A stretch of 64,000 nucleotides of DNA from a virus. The position numbers and the translations under genes were made by a program. The stretch spans positions 1,348 to 65,347 of IMG/VR virus record IMGVR_UViG_3300032320_000408; one strand, written 5' to 3'. Every line of letters begins with the position of its first letter. Position 1 is the stretch's first letter. Shown piece by piece: positions 1-9,567 of the stretch. The notes below the pieces were generated by a model. That model was not told the DNA's origin. It worked only from the letters and a program-made list of their open reading frames with translations, and searched no databases.

Positions 1-263
1 CTGAAGCCCAAAGCGATGGTTTCGTGGTTGTAACGAGCTGTCCATGCTTCTTGTGCGTTGTCATAAGCGATGGCTGAGCCTTCGTTCTTGACTGGCGCGG
101 CAGAGAAGCCTGACAGTTTTGTTTCTTCCTCGAAGCTACGCTCAGATGTCTCTGTTTCGTAGATCTCTTTGTGCTCTTCGCCGTATTTTGCATACTCCAA
201 ACCGAACAAGGCGTTCAGGCCGGGGAGCAGCTCTTTCAATAGTTGTGCGCGTGAAATAGCCAT
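1..263 (-). CDS. Major capsid protein, N-terminal part (truncated by window edge)
   Basis: Manual translation from ATG at 263: MAISRAQLLKELLPGLNALFGLEYAKYGEEHKEIYETETSERSFEEETKLSGFSAAPVKNEG, a recognisable phage MCP N-terminus; preceded by AGGAG SD; lies downstream of portal and scaffold. Confidence 0.85.
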   Translation of the reverse strand, partial: MAISRAQLLKELLPGLNALFGLEYAKYGEEHKEIYETETSERSFEEETKLSGFSAAPVKNEGSAIAYDNAQEAWTARYNHETIALGF

Positions 264-275
264 GATTTAAGCTCC

Positions 276-1100
276 TTATGCTACGTAGTAGCGATGTGCG
301 CCGAAGTTGAACTTAACCAACACTTCGGGGGTTTCGACCAATACAACAGTACCGGCGACTTGAGTTGTTACAGAAGTCACAGTAAGAGTCGTATTACCAG
401 TGGTTGTCACGGTAGAAGCAGCGCTCAGGGTAGCACCCGTGAACTGCAACTGACCATTTACCAAGTTATACACGTCAGTACCGATTGGCAAGAACGCGCC
501 AACTGGCAAACCAGACACAACAACAGAAGTTGCTGAGGGAGCGCCACCAGACACATACGTGCTTGAAATGCTAACTTGTGTATCAGGAACCAAGTTCAAC
601 ACGCGGAAGCCACCACCAGAAGCGTTAGCAGACGCGCCGACAACAGACATGCCACTGTTACCAGTAGATGCAGAGCCAGTTTGTGTGCCGCCAGCCATGT
701 TAGCGCCAACGAGAATTGAAGAAGCTGAACCAATGATTGCACCACCAGCGGTAGTGGAAACAGCGACTTTCATCACTTGGTCAGGATCGTCACCGATGAT
801 GGCAGTGATGTCACCAGCGAGGACGTTACCGGGATAGTACTGAGCGAACTGACGTTGCTTAGTCGTTGGGTTTGTGTAATAGCAACCCAAGAAAACACCA
901 ACCGTTGTATTGGTAGTGCTAACAGGGTAAGTTGCAATCACAACATAACCAGCAGACAAAGTAACCAGATCACCGTAATACAACGGTGTACCGTAGTTGT
1001 ACTGAATAGGTAGGTTACGAGTGGAACCCGCAAACACCTGTCCACCGATCAAATTGACCGGTTTGACGCCGTAAGGGGCGTCGATGGTGGGATAAGCCAT
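276..1100 (-). CDS. Putative capsid cement/decoration protein
   Basis: 274 aa, Gly/Thr/Val-rich beta protein immediately upstream of MCP; SD AAGGAG. Confidence 0.55.
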   Translation of the reverse strand: MAYPTIDAPYGVKPVNLIGGQVFAGSTRNLPIQYNYGTPLYYGDLVTLSAGYVVIATYPVSTTNTTVGVFLGCYYTNPTTKQRQFAQYYPGNVLAGDITAIIGDDPDQVMKVAVSTTAGGAIIGSASSILVGANMAGGTQTGSASTGNSGMSVVGASANASGGGFRVLNLVPDTQVSISSTYVSGGAPSATSVVVSGLPVGAFLPIGTDVYNLVNGQLQFTGATLSAASTVTTTGNTTLTVTSVTTQVAGTVVLVETPEVLVKFNFGAHRYYVA

Positions 1101-1121
1101 TTAAGACTCCTTAAAAAAAGA

Positions 1122-1580
1122 TTAAGAACCTTTGCCAAAGCTCGACGAGGACTTGCCTTCTTTGAAAATCGGCATCCGCGCGTCACTCTGACGCATCAAG
1201 TTGTTATCCACAGCATCCGTCTGAGCTTGTGTCTGCTTCTGGTAAAACGAGTTACGCTGAGCCACAAAATCTGATGGAGTCTTGCAAAGCAACAACCCGC
1301 CAATCTCAACGTTGTCTTTGTAACGGCTGTTGGGATCAGCTAACAGTCTAAATTTAGGTTGTTCTTCTAACGTTACTGGCTCCCAACCTTCACGCAATTT
1401 TGCAGAAAGATTGCGGGGATCCAGAGTGTTCAAATTAGAAACACGAACCCAACGATAGTTATACCCTGGTTGCTTGTCTGGTTCGGGAAGTAACTCTGGT
1501 TGCGACCACTGTTGGGGGCGCATGTCCTGCGTACGTTCTTCCAGCTCGCGGGGTTTTCTGTTTTCAGTCATATTAGACAT
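1122..1580 (-). CDS. Head-module hypothetical protein
   Basis: 152 aa ORF (YRWVR...LREGWEPV...IGGLLLCK) between scaffold and cement genes. Confidence 0.7.
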   Translation of the reverse strand: MSNMTENRKPRELEERTQDMRPQQWSQPELLPEPDKQPGYNYRWVRVSNLNTLDPRNLSAKLREGWEPVTLEEQPKFRLLADPNSRYKDNVEIGGLLLCKTPSDFVAQRNSFYQKQTQAQTDAVDNNLMRQSDARMPIFKEGKSSSSFGKGS

Positions 1581-2508
1581 CCATTTTTAGTGCCTCACGA
1601 GCGTATTGCTCATGAGTTAATCCGAGTTTCTTTGCAATATTTTGTTGCGAAAGGCTTAATTTGATCCGCTTAGATGAAGTAGATCGTGTAGCTGGTGCGA
1701 CGACCGAGCTTGGTTTTGTGCGCTTTTCTGTGCGCTCTTCAGGTTCCGCTTCAAACTTTTCAGGGAAACGTTTGCGGATGGTGTCGTCTATTCGACGGTA
1801 ATACTCTTGTGATGAGATAACGACACCTTCGCGCTTTAACCTCTCATGCAGGCCAAGCGCCAAGCTAGTCATTTCCTCATCTTCGCCAAACCAGCTATTG
1901 TTCTGTTGCCACTGCTGAGCAGTAGGATCAGGACGATACTGGGGCTGTGGTGCAGTTTGTACTACATTTTCTTCTTCTTGTACAGGAGCAGGCCTAAAAT
2001 TTTTAACTTTATCTGCCTTCATCTTGGCATCAGTTAAACGTTCTTGCGCTTCCAGTACTCGATCGGTGTCTCCAGAGTCGTACGCTTCTCGGTACGCTTT
2101 CTTGGCTGCGTCTAACTCCATACCTACAGCTTGGGTTACCGTGGCAAGCACGTTCTTCTCGCTGTTGCTAAGGTTTGACTTGAGGCGCTTGTTCTCTTCC
2201 AGCACTTTTTGAGCAAACGCAATAGCTTCGTTTTGCTCGCGCATGGCGGCCTCTTTCTCACGACGTTCGTCATGAGCCAGCTTCTTCATCTGGATTAGCT
2301 TTTTGCGAACTTTGGTGGAGTAATCCTCCAGCTCGTCATCGTAAAGCTCTTGCTTAACTTTTTCGGGCAAAGACTCTTTGTTTCGGTCTTGCTCGGGCGT
2401 GTCGTCTTCGATTTCAATTACCAGCTTGTCATCTTGGTCATCCTGTTCGGCTGTGACCTCAATTTCCGGCTCGTCTTTTTCATCGGGGAATTTAAATGTT
2501 TCGCTCAT
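1573..2508 (-). CDS. Putative capsid scaffolding protein
   Basis: Acidic N-terminus, long coiled coil, C-terminal 'AKKLGLTHEQYA' helix; position between portal and MCP. Confidence 0.7.
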   Translation of the reverse strand: MSETFKFPDEKDEPEIEVTAEQDDQDDKLVIEIEDDTPEQDRNKESLPEKVKQELYDDELEDYSTKVRKKLIQMKKLAHDERREKEAAMREQNEAIAFAQKVLEENKRLKSNLSNSEKNVLATVTQAVGMELDAAKKAYREAYDSGDTDRVLEAQERLTDAKMKADKVKNFRPAPVQEEENVVQTAPQPQYRPDPTAQQWQQNNSWFGEDEEMTSLALGLHERLKREGVVISSQEYYRRIDDTIRKRFPEKFEAEPEERTEKRTKPSSVVAPATRSTSSKRIKLSLSQQNIAKKLGLTHEQYAREALKMDV

Positions 2509-2519
2509 GTTGTCGCTCC

Positions 2520-2930
2520 TTATTTGCGTCTAATGCCTCGTGGATCATCAACTATGCCCTCGACGGAATCATCGTTAATAACGCGGAATTCCTTGCCGTG
2601 GATAACCAGTCGTGAACCAGAGTTGGGTCGAATCAAGATGAAATCGCCTTCTTTGCAATAAGGGCCGCTCGGGAATCGAGATGCGTCTTTATAGCAATCA
2701 GGACCCATTGCCACAACGAATAGGACCGTTGTCAATGTTTCTTCAATCATGATCGTTTCGTCGGCCTTAATAAGACCGCTGTCAAATTCCTTTTCCACAT
2801 CAGGGATGGCGCACAAAATGCGATAACCACTGGGGCGGGGAAGTTGTTTTGCCTTTTCTTCAGGCTTAGTGTTCAAGATCTTGGATAAATCCACGGCCTT
2901 GATTAAGTCGAGGTCACTCGTCGTCGTCAT
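2520..2930 (-). CDS. GroES/Cpn10-like co-chaperonin
   Basis: P-x-GYRIL, SGLI mobile loop, VVAMGP, KEGD, 'FRVINDDSVEGIV' match the GroES pattern. Confidence 0.8.
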   Translation of the reverse strand: MTTTSDLDLIKAVDLSKILNTKPEEKAKQLPRPSGYRILCAIPDVEKEFDSGLIKADETIMIEETLTTVLFVVAMGPDCYKDASRFPSGPYCKEGDFILIRPNSGSRLVIHGKEFRVINDDSVEGIVDDPRGIRRK

Positions 2931-3114
2931 TGTTAGTTAGTCTTTCCTGTAGGTCTGAGATGTATAAACGTGCGGTGAGCAGACCTTTAACCTCTCCACA
3001 CATTTTTTTGTACTCCGCGTAGTCCCCGGCCAACCCGTCGGCCATCGCTATTTGGAGTTGCAAAACCTTGTCATCGACCTTGGAGGTCAGATGTTGTAAA
3101 TACTTGTCAATCAT
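2914..3114 (-). CDS. Small helical hypothetical protein
   Basis: 66 aa, ATGA-coupled to portal stop. Confidence 0.65.
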   Translation of the reverse strand: MIDKYLQHLTSKVDDKVLQLQIAMADGLAGDYAEYKKMCGEVKGLLTARLYISDLQERLTNNDDDE

Positions 3115-5555
3115 TTGTTACCTTTACCAAACATGTTTGCTGCGGACTTTGCCAGGTCCACATCAATGCGGCGGTTTTCCATTTCCTTGGAGTTTTGGTG
3201 CGAGACCTGGTCTTTTGCCAGGTCCGCTTGGATGCGCGTCATGTCTACTTCTTTTTGCGTAGCAATACGCTCGCGCTCGATCTGCTGTTGGCTCTGCTTG
3301 AGCTGCACATCTGTCATGTCTTTCTGTTGTTTTCTTGCAACTTCTTGACCCTTGATTTGCAGCTCTTGTTGTTGCATCTGGACCAGTGGGTCTTGCGCCA
3401 TAGCCTGGGCCTGCTGTTGCTGGGCTTGAGCCATGTTGGTTTGCAACAGCTGCGCGCCGGCTTGAGCAATGAGTTTGGACAGCTGGACTTCGACATCGTC
3501 TGGCAATGGCTTGTCCGGTGGAGGCAATGGAACACCCATTTGCTTCTCGATGAGGTTTCTGTAATGGAAGCCCAAATGCTCTGCAATATGCGCTTGCAAA
3601 GAAGCCATGATCATGTTGGCTTGTGGGTTTTGACCAATTGTTTTTGCAATCAGCGGGTCTTGCATGAACGACGTGTGCACAGCAATATGCGCATCGTGGT
3701 CTTGCGTTAGGAATGCCTTCATTGGCGAGCCCTTTAGCGCGTTCATGTTTTCGCTTACTGGGTCTTTTGGCAATTCATCGTCCGGCAATGGCACCAGCTT
3801 TTGCGCATTCTTAATACCCAGCACATCGAGCATCTGGCGGTGCAATTGAGGCAGGTCATAGATCTGCGGCGCCATCTGGGCCAGCTGAATAACCGCTTGG
3901 TATTGCACAATCTTTTGCGCCATCGTTGAGGCGTTTGGATCGGACACAGGAATGATATCTACTGCGTCATAGTCAGAGCGTTTAGCTTTACGCGGGCCTT
4001 CTTCTGGCTCGTATGCGTATTCTTCGGGCGTATAGTCACGAATGATGTCGCGCAATAAGCGAAGCTCTTGCTTAAATGAATAATGAATGCGCGCTTGAAC
4101 GGCCGTCATTACTTTTAAGCTGCGCTCCAGAATAGCGAGGGTAGTACCTACTGGAGAGTTAGCCGACATGTCTGCAATCTGGATGTCAGAAGCAGAAGAT
4201 AAGCGGCGGCCTTCATCAATGATCTTGTCAAGCAAACCAGCCAGCACTTGGCTTGGCTCTTTGTATGGCAAAGCCATGATGTTTTCGGCAATAGTTCCGC
4301 TTGGCACGTCCACATCGCGCCACTCTGCTGGTCCGATTGGAGAATCATCACCCTTAATACGCAATCCGCGCGTTTTAAAGCCGCCGGGCAAGTTGGCCAG
4401 CGTACCTGCGTCCACCAATTGACGTAAGAGAGACGTTCCAGACTTGGCAAAAGCACCGATCAGGTGAATTAATCCAAAACAATAAAAACCAAAGCCTGGA
4501 ACGTATCCATAATGTACAAAATGCTGGCGTTTAGCGCAGTTTTTGTCGTCTTGCTTCCAATTTCTGCGGATGGCCAAGCACTTCATGCTGCCTTTTTCCA
4601 CAGTAACGATGTATGGCAGCGCAATTCCTGTTGGCTCGCCCTCATCATCCGTATGCTCGAACCCTTCTAGGTCCAAATTCACGTTCATTTCTAGGATTTT
4701 GTAGCGATCATCAGATGTCGCACGGAATCCCATCTTCTCGGCAATCTTCTTCTCTACCTCGTCGAGCGTATTACTAGGCTCGCCCAGCTCAATGTCGGCA
4801 TAAAAGCCAGCAACTTGCAATTTGCGTAATTCATTTTCTGTTTTACGCATTACATGTGTAACGCGCTCGGCCGTTTCTAGATTAGAAGCACCGTAAGGCA
4901 CCACAATATCGTCGGCTTGTACATAAATAGATGTTTGGCGGTCTAATGAAGGATCAAAGTACACCTTCTTAAACGCGTTACCCGCCATCCCCAGACCCCA
5001 AACCATGCGCTCGTGCTCCGGGCGGAACTCAACCATGCGGTCTGTCAACTCATAATTCATGTCGTCTTGAACGCGAGTAGCAGAGTCTTTCTTTTGCGGC
5101 GTCTCTTTACCAATTAGCTGGGTCTTTACGGGACCGGCCGCAGGAAACGTAGACATCATTGTTTCGGCTTGGAACTTAACCAGAGCTTCTGAGAGGATAG
5201 GGTGATACACACCGCACGCCCCAACCCATGGATCGGCGCGCTCTTCAATCTTCATGCCCAACAACTCAATGCCGTCTACATATGTTTGCATCCAGTCTTT
5301 TCTGGAATCAACGTCATCCTCATAATCACTGACTAGATCGCTGACTAGTTGGGTGATTACGTCTTCTGATAAATGATCAACCAAGTTGGCGTCAAAGTCA
5401 TCAAACTCACTACCAGGAATAATCTCGATCTCCATGTCGCCCGTCTTAATCGTTACCGATTCTGGGTCTTCAATCTCAATCTCAATGGCCGCCTCATCTG
5501 GGCCGGTTAAAGATTCCAGACCTTCTGGCGCTTCATACAGGGATTTTTCAATCAT
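3111..5555 (-). CDS. Portal protein
   Basis: 814 aa directly downstream of TerL; GNAFKKVYFD motif, Gln-rich C-terminal coiled coil as in P22-like portals. Confidence 0.85.
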   Translation of the reverse strand: MIEKSLYEAPEGLESLTGPDEAAIEIEIEDPESVTIKTGDMEIEIIPGSEFDDFDANLVDHLSEDVITQLVSDLVSDYEDDVDSRKDWMQTYVDGIELLGMKIEERADPWVGACGVYHPILSEALVKFQAETMMSTFPAAGPVKTQLIGKETPQKKDSATRVQDDMNYELTDRMVEFRPEHERMVWGLGMAGNAFKKVYFDPSLDRQTSIYVQADDIVVPYGASNLETAERVTHVMRKTENELRKLQVAGFYADIELGEPSNTLDEVEKKIAEKMGFRATSDDRYKILEMNVNLDLEGFEHTDDEGEPTGIALPYIVTVEKGSMKCLAIRRNWKQDDKNCAKRQHFVHYGYVPGFGFYCFGLIHLIGAFAKSGTSLLRQLVDAGTLANLPGGFKTRGLRIKGDDSPIGPAEWRDVDVPSGTIAENIMALPYKEPSQVLAGLLDKIIDEGRRLSSASDIQIADMSANSPVGTTLAILERSLKVMTAVQARIHYSFKQELRLLRDIIRDYTPEEYAYEPEEGPRKAKRSDYDAVDIIPVSDPNASTMAQKIVQYQAVIQLAQMAPQIYDLPQLHRQMLDVLGIKNAQKLVPLPDDELPKDPVSENMNALKGSPMKAFLTQDHDAHIAVHTSFMQDPLIAKTIGQNPQANMIMASLQAHIAEHLGFHYRNLIEKQMGVPLPPPDKPLPDDVEVQLSKLIAQAGAQLLQTNMAQAQQQQAQAMAQDPLVQMQQQELQIKGQEVARKQQKDMTDVQLKQSQQQIERERIATQKEVDMTRIQADLAKDQVSHQNSKEMENRRIDVDLAKSAANMFGKGNK

Positions 5556-5564
5556 ATCTATCCT

Positions 5565-7061
5565 TTAATAGTAAGAGACTTTGCGGCGGAATGATCTTGG
5601 CTCATCTTCTTCATCAGTCTGTAGCCTTAAAAATCCACCTTTACGAAACCTAATTAACGCCTGTGTTGATGAGTCAACCAAGTCATCGTGGTCAGAGTTT
5701 GGAAACGCCGCCATCTCCTCAATCAGCTCATCCGCCCATCTAGTAGCCGGCGCCCACACCTTTCCACTAGCGAATAAGTCTGATACAGAGTTAATACGTA
5801 CCATCTTATCATTACCCCTACTTGGAGTAAATTCAGATACAGGGATCCCCATGGCCCGCAACTCAAAGATCAGCGGCGCGCCAGAAGCCTTTGCTTCCAC
5901 AATAAACGCGTCAGGCTCCCACTCTTTGTAGTGGTTAAACGCCTTCTCTTTCAACTCAGGAAACTCCATGCGCTTTTTAAACGCGTCGAGCAAAATCACG
6001 TTCGGGTCGTTTTCGTTCTCGTTGAGGTAGAACACCCCCCACGTCGTGCACGCGGAATAGTCTGAGCGCTCGCTTTTTGTAAACGCGGTATCCCAGGACT
6101 GAATAATAAACTCGCACCTCGGCGGGTTGTCTTCTTTCCACTCCTTCCACCACTCGCGCTTAACAATCGCGCCTTCTTCAGAAGTAGGGCTTTGTTGGTA
6201 CTGGGCGTTCCACTTAGGCGTAGGCAGTTCAAGTTGAAGCGCCTCTAGTTCGGTCAAGCTCCAAAACTCAGGCCATAGGGGATTACCCGAGGGAAGAATC
6301 GCGGGAAAGTTAATGACCTCCCAGTGTTCTCCATCTTTGTCAATCATTGACTGGAGGATCTTTCCCGTCAAGTCTCGCTTAGCCCAGCGCGTCATAACGA
6401 CAACGATAGAGCCTCCGGGCTGTAAACGTTGGCGCGGTCCGGATGTGTACCACTCATAGACCTTATCGAATACGGTCGGATCTCCGGCGGCTAGTGCAGC
6501 TTCTTGTTCGGAATGAGGATCATCAATAATGAGCAGGTCAGCACCTTTACCAGTAACAGTACCACCGACGCCAATAGCAAAGTACTCACCGTTGCCACTT
6601 GTAGACCAGCGCCCGGCAGCCTTTGAATCAGATCGGAGAGTAACGTTAGGAAAGATTTGCGCATACTGCTCCGAGTCCACCAAGTTACGAACCTTACGTC
6701 CAAACCCCACCGCCAGTTCAGCTGTGTTCGAACATTGAATAATCTTCTTGTTAGGGTACTTACCTAAAAACCACGCGGGAAGCATGTAGGACGCAAACTC
6801 AGACTTCGTATGGCGCGGCGGCATGTTAATGATGAGGCGCCTAATCTTGCCTTCTGCAATCTCTTCAAACTTCTTAGCCATGACCTTATGGTGGCGCCCG
6901 TCAATAAAGCCCGGCCACATAGCCTTTACAAACTTCATAAAGTCTATCTGGGCCTTCTCTCTCTTCAGACTCGCCTGGTACTCGGCCAAGTCCGACATGA
7001 ACGCTTCTCGCTCATTGATAGGTAGTAACCCTATAGCCTCAGTAATCTTGTCAATGTTCAC
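5565..7061 (-). CDS. terL: Terminase large subunit
   Basis: Walker A-like MPPRHTKS, Walker B LLIIDDP, VMTRW coupling motif, nuclease SWDTA and HDDLVD; probable GTG start at 7061. Confidence 0.95.
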   Translation of the reverse strand: MNIDKITEAIGLLPINEREAFMSDLAEYQASLKREKAQIDFMKFVKAMWPGFIDGRHHKVMAKKFEEIAEGKIRRLIINMPPRHTKSEFASYMLPAWFLGKYPNKKIIQCSNTAELAVGFGRKVRNLVDSEQYAQIFPNVTLRSDSKAAGRWSTSGNGEYFAIGVGGTVTGKGADLLIIDDPHSEQEAALAAGDPTVFDKVYEWYTSGPRQRLQPGGSIVVVMTRWAKRDLTGKILQSMIDKDGEHWEVINFPAILPSGNPLWPEFWSLTELEALQLELPTPKWNAQYQQSPTSEEGAIVKREWWKEWKEDNPPRCEFIIQSWDTAFTKSERSDYSACTTWGVFYLNENENDPNVILLDAFKKRMEFPELKEKAFNHYKEWEPDAFIVEAKASGAPLIFELRAMGIPVSEFTPSRGNDKMVRINSVSDLFASGKVWAPATRWADELIEEMAAFPNSDHDDLVDSSTQALIRFRKGGFLRLQTDEEDEPRSFRRKVSYY

Positions 7062-7209
7062 GTTCAAACACCTGGTCAATGATCAATTGAAGCTCTTCAA
7101 ACTCTTTGGGTGTAACGCGTATGGTGTACACAACTTCCCCCATGTACCAGTCCCGCACAAACTGCAAAGCAAACTTGTCGCCAAAAACCAAGTCCATAAA
7201 GTAGTTCAT
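7051..7209 (-). CDS. Small hypothetical protein (52 aa, not in ORF track)
   Basis: Manual translation MNYFMDLVFGDKFALQFVRDWYMGEVVYTIRVTPKEFEELQLIIDQVFEREH; ATGA-coupled to upstream gene. Confidence 0.5.
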   Translation of the reverse strand: MNYFMDLVFGDKFALQFVRDWYMGEVVYTIRVTPKEFEELQLIIDQVFEREH

Positions 7210-7460
7210 TTTCCGCATGGGCCTAAAGCCGCCAAGTAGTCTTCGTCCGTCAGCACTTCTGACTCAGTTTCTATCCACACATGCGCGCCGCAAGACAAAG
7301 GCTTATTCGGCGAATACACAACCTTGCTCGGCCCCAGTATCTCCACCACACTAGCGTATTTGTTCGACTTGTACGTCTTCACCGTTAGCACAGGCTCTTC
7401 CACCCCAGCCTTCCTGTTCGACTTAATGACGTGCTGGTTCACATGGATGATCGTCTTCAA
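7206..7460 (-). CDS. Phage hypothetical protein
   Basis: 84 aa 'IHVNQHVIK...LSCGAHVWIET', start overlaps the LexA-like gene stop. Confidence 0.7.
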   Translation of the reverse strand: MKTIIHVNQHVIKSNRKAGVEEPVLTVKTYKSNKYASVVEILGPSKVVYSPNKPLSCGAHVWIETESEVLTDEDYLAALGPCGK

Positions 7461-7720
7461 GGCAGCTTCCTCAAGTTAATATGCGCCGGCCGAATCGAGC
7501 GCGCACTGTTAGGCCTCATCTTACATACACCCAAATCACACAACTTATGCATGACCCTACTTACGTTACTCCGACTCTTATCCCCAGTAAGCATCATCAC
7601 ATCATCTATAGACGGCCCATACCCCTGACGCTTCCAGTACTCGTCAATACACAAAAATATCGTCCTCTGCTTCTCAGTCACTAAAACCTCCAGCGCCTGT
7701 TCTACACTCTTAAACTTCAT
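7457..7720 (-). CDS. LexA-type N-terminal DNA-binding (winged HTH) protein lacking the peptidase domain
   Basis: TEKQRTIF..I...W...GYGPSIDDV...G.KS.S.V......L...G......NSARSI follows the LexA DBD pattern; only 87 aa. Confidence 0.8.
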   Translation of the reverse strand: MKFKSVEQALEVLVTEKQRTIFLCIDEYWKRQGYGPSIDDVMMLTGDKSRSNVSRVMHKLCDLGVCKMRPNSARSIRPAHINLRKLP

Positions 7721-7726
7721 ATGTCC

Positions 7727-7775
7727 CCACTGTAACTAGTTACAGTCACATTTCCACTGTAACTAGTTACAGTCA
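7727..7775. promoter_or_regulatory. Tandem palindromic operator-like sites (2x CCACTGTAACTAGTTACAGTCA)
   Basis: Perfect 18-bp palindromes at 7729-7746 and 7756-7773, 27-bp period, 8 nt upstream of the LexA-like ATG; core fits CTGT-N8-ACAG. Confidence 0.8.
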
Positions 7776-7841
7776 AAAATATACTTGTAATCATTTTTAT
7801 ATATACCCCACCCCTTTTTTGTATGGAAAACATAGGGGGGG

Positions 7842-8570
7842 CTACTTGTCAAAATCCACAACGACATCGTCCTTGTCAAAATGAGAAGGGGTACCCTCCG
7901 ATTCTTGAGCGGATTGTTTGAGTGGAATAGTATGCGTAGTGCCAGCATGCGGCGACGCGTCACATTGGGCGGGTGGGGTGGTGGTGGGTTGCGCTGCGTC
8001 AACTTTTTGCAAGCCCGCCCCTTGTATTTCCTGCAGCAGGTCGGCGGCGTCATCCTTGATCGTGGCGTCGGACACATCACCAAGCACAGTAAGTAGGCGC
8101 GCGCGTAGGTCATTGCTGGATTGAACTGTGGTTATCTCTTTGCGCTCGAGGAAGGCGCCCACATCAAACAATGACCCGATTAGCTTCAAGCATTGGACGC
8201 GCTGGGCTGGTGGAAAGTCAGGATCAATGGAGTGTTGCACCAGTTGTTGAACTAGCAAGGCCTTGAGTTGAGCGGGTGTTCGATGTTTCTCAGCCTCCAA
8301 AGCTAAGGTGTAGGCTTCTATCTCGGCGGCTATGCGCGGGTTACTGGCTACCCTATAAGGCTCACCTGCTAGCGTGGCTGGTGTTGCGTCTGCTTTGTAT
8401 GCTTTGCGATACGCTGCAGCCTTTGTTTCACCCATGGCGACAGCACGAGCAAATTCTCTTTGCTTTGTGGTGAGTGCTGGTTTCTTTCCTACACCACCAG
8501 ATAACAGCGATTCAATGGGGAATGAATCTAACCCTTGTTTAATCTCCGCGCGCGTTAACTTTTTCACCAT
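7842..8570 (-). CDS. Putative terminase small subunit
   Basis: 'LTTKQREFARAVAMGETKAAAYRKAY' HTH typical of TerS; upstream of TerL; probable ATG at 8570. Confidence 0.7.
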   Translation of the reverse strand: MVKKLTRAEIKQGLDSFPIESLLSGGVGKKPALTTKQREFARAVAMGETKAAAYRKAYKADATPATLAGEPYRVASNPRIAAEIEAYTLALEAEKHRTPAQLKALLVQQLVQHSIDPDFPPAQRVQCLKLIGSLFDVGAFLERKEITTVQSSNDLRARLLTVLGDVSDATIKDDAADLLQEIQGAGLQKVDAAQPTTTPPAQCDASPHAGTTHTIPLKQSAQESEGTPSHFDKDDVVVDFDK

Positions 8571-8862
8571 CTTTTGTGCTCCGTGTTTCTTAGGTATAAA
8601 CCGAGAATTTGCCGCGACTATATCAAGACAAATAAAACAATGCAAAGCACCACCAGCCAGGCTAACCACACCCCAGGCTTGCAGCACTACACGAAGGCCA
8701 TGCGCTGGGTGTTATTCCCTTAACGCATTCAAGCCAACCCACAGGGAAAGACGCCCGCGCAAAATAATTTAAAAATAGTTAAACAGGCCACAAACCCAGT
8801 AACCATGCGGGTTGCGAGACACCTACAACACTAAAATGCCATTATAGGTGTCGCATAGGTGA

Positions 8863-8891
8863 CTGACAGGGGGGTTGACAGAATTTATATT
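8863..8891 (+). promoter_or_regulatory. Sigma70-like early promoter
   Basis: CTGACA (8863-8868), 17-nt spacer, TATATT (8886-8891) ahead of the plus-strand small-gene cluster. Confidence 0.55.
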
Positions 8892-8926
8892 CAAAGCCCC
8901 TAGCAACAACCCACGGAGAAAACGAC

Positions 8927-9145
8927 ATGAAAACACAGGCAGAAACAATCGAGGCCATGCAGCAATGGTGCCTCGATAACTACAACAAGGGCGCAGACAC
9001 GATGGCCGAGTGCTGGAGTGACAGCGACTTTGCCAAACTAATCACCGACTGCGACGGCAACACCGCCAAGGCTTGGGAAAACCTTCAGGCCATCGCCGAT
9101 ATATACGCCGAGCGGCAAGCAGACGCCCGCAATTCAGCTTTTTAA
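8927..9145 (+). CDS. Early hypothetical protein
   Basis: 72 aa, GGAG SD, first gene after the promoter. Confidence 0.7.
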   Translation: MKTQAETIEAMQQWCLDNYNKGADTMAECWSDSDFAKLITDCDGNTAKAWENLQAIADIYAERQADARNSAF

Positions 9146-9162
9146 CCCACGGAGTAAACACC

Positions 9163-9327
9163 ATGACCATCATTCACGCACTCACAATCGCCGCCTCATG
9201 CGCTGGATTAGCCCTAACAGCCATCGCCAGCATGACAGGGGATATCTCCACAGGCCTTGCCATCGCAACCGCCGCGCTGTTTCTTTTCACCGCCTTTGTG
9301 GGCTTTTGTAACTTGATTGAGGACTAA
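9163..9327 (+). CDS. Small two-TM membrane protein
   Basis: ATG at 9163 after GGAG; two hydrophobic helices. Confidence 0.6.
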   Translation: MTIIHALTIAASCAGLALTAIASMTGDISTGLAIATAALFLFTAFVGFCNLIED

Positions 9328-9331
9328 AACC

Positions 9332-9547
9332 ATGACCTACACGAACCAGCCGCAAATTCGCGCGGCATTTTGGGCAGCACACCCAGCAGCGCCCCGCCGC
9401 CGCTACCGCTACAGCTGGAACCAGCACGATAAAACCGCCGAACTGGTTTACCCGACTGATACCCGCTGCGCCTTTGTTGATTTTGTTGACCAGCTGCAGC
9501 GCGAAGGGTGCATCAGCGAAGCCCTCGCAAACCGCGCCACACTTTAA
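9332..9547 (+). CDS. Early hypothetical protein
   Basis: MTYTNQPQIRAAFW...DTRCAFVDFVDQL; SD GAGG. Confidence 0.65.
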   Translation: MTYTNQPQIRAAFWAAHPAAPRRRYRYSWNQHDKTAELVYPTDTRCAFVDFVDQLQREGCISEALANRATL

Positions 9548-9567
9548 CCACCACAGGAACCCACAAC

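Noticed and set aside
7729-7746. Calling the palindrome a canonical chromosomal parS
   Set aside because: Does not match the TGTTTCACGTGAAACA consensus; a parS-like role is kept only as a hypothesis.
7727-7775. Tandem palindromic repeats as a mini CRISPR array
   Set aside because: Only two copies with a 5-nt gap and no cas genes; better explained as protein-binding sites.
8792-8813. Imperfect inverted repeat AACCC-AGTAACCATGC-GGGTT in the terS/early intergenic region
   Set aside because: Short, single copy, and no cognate recombinase in the window.
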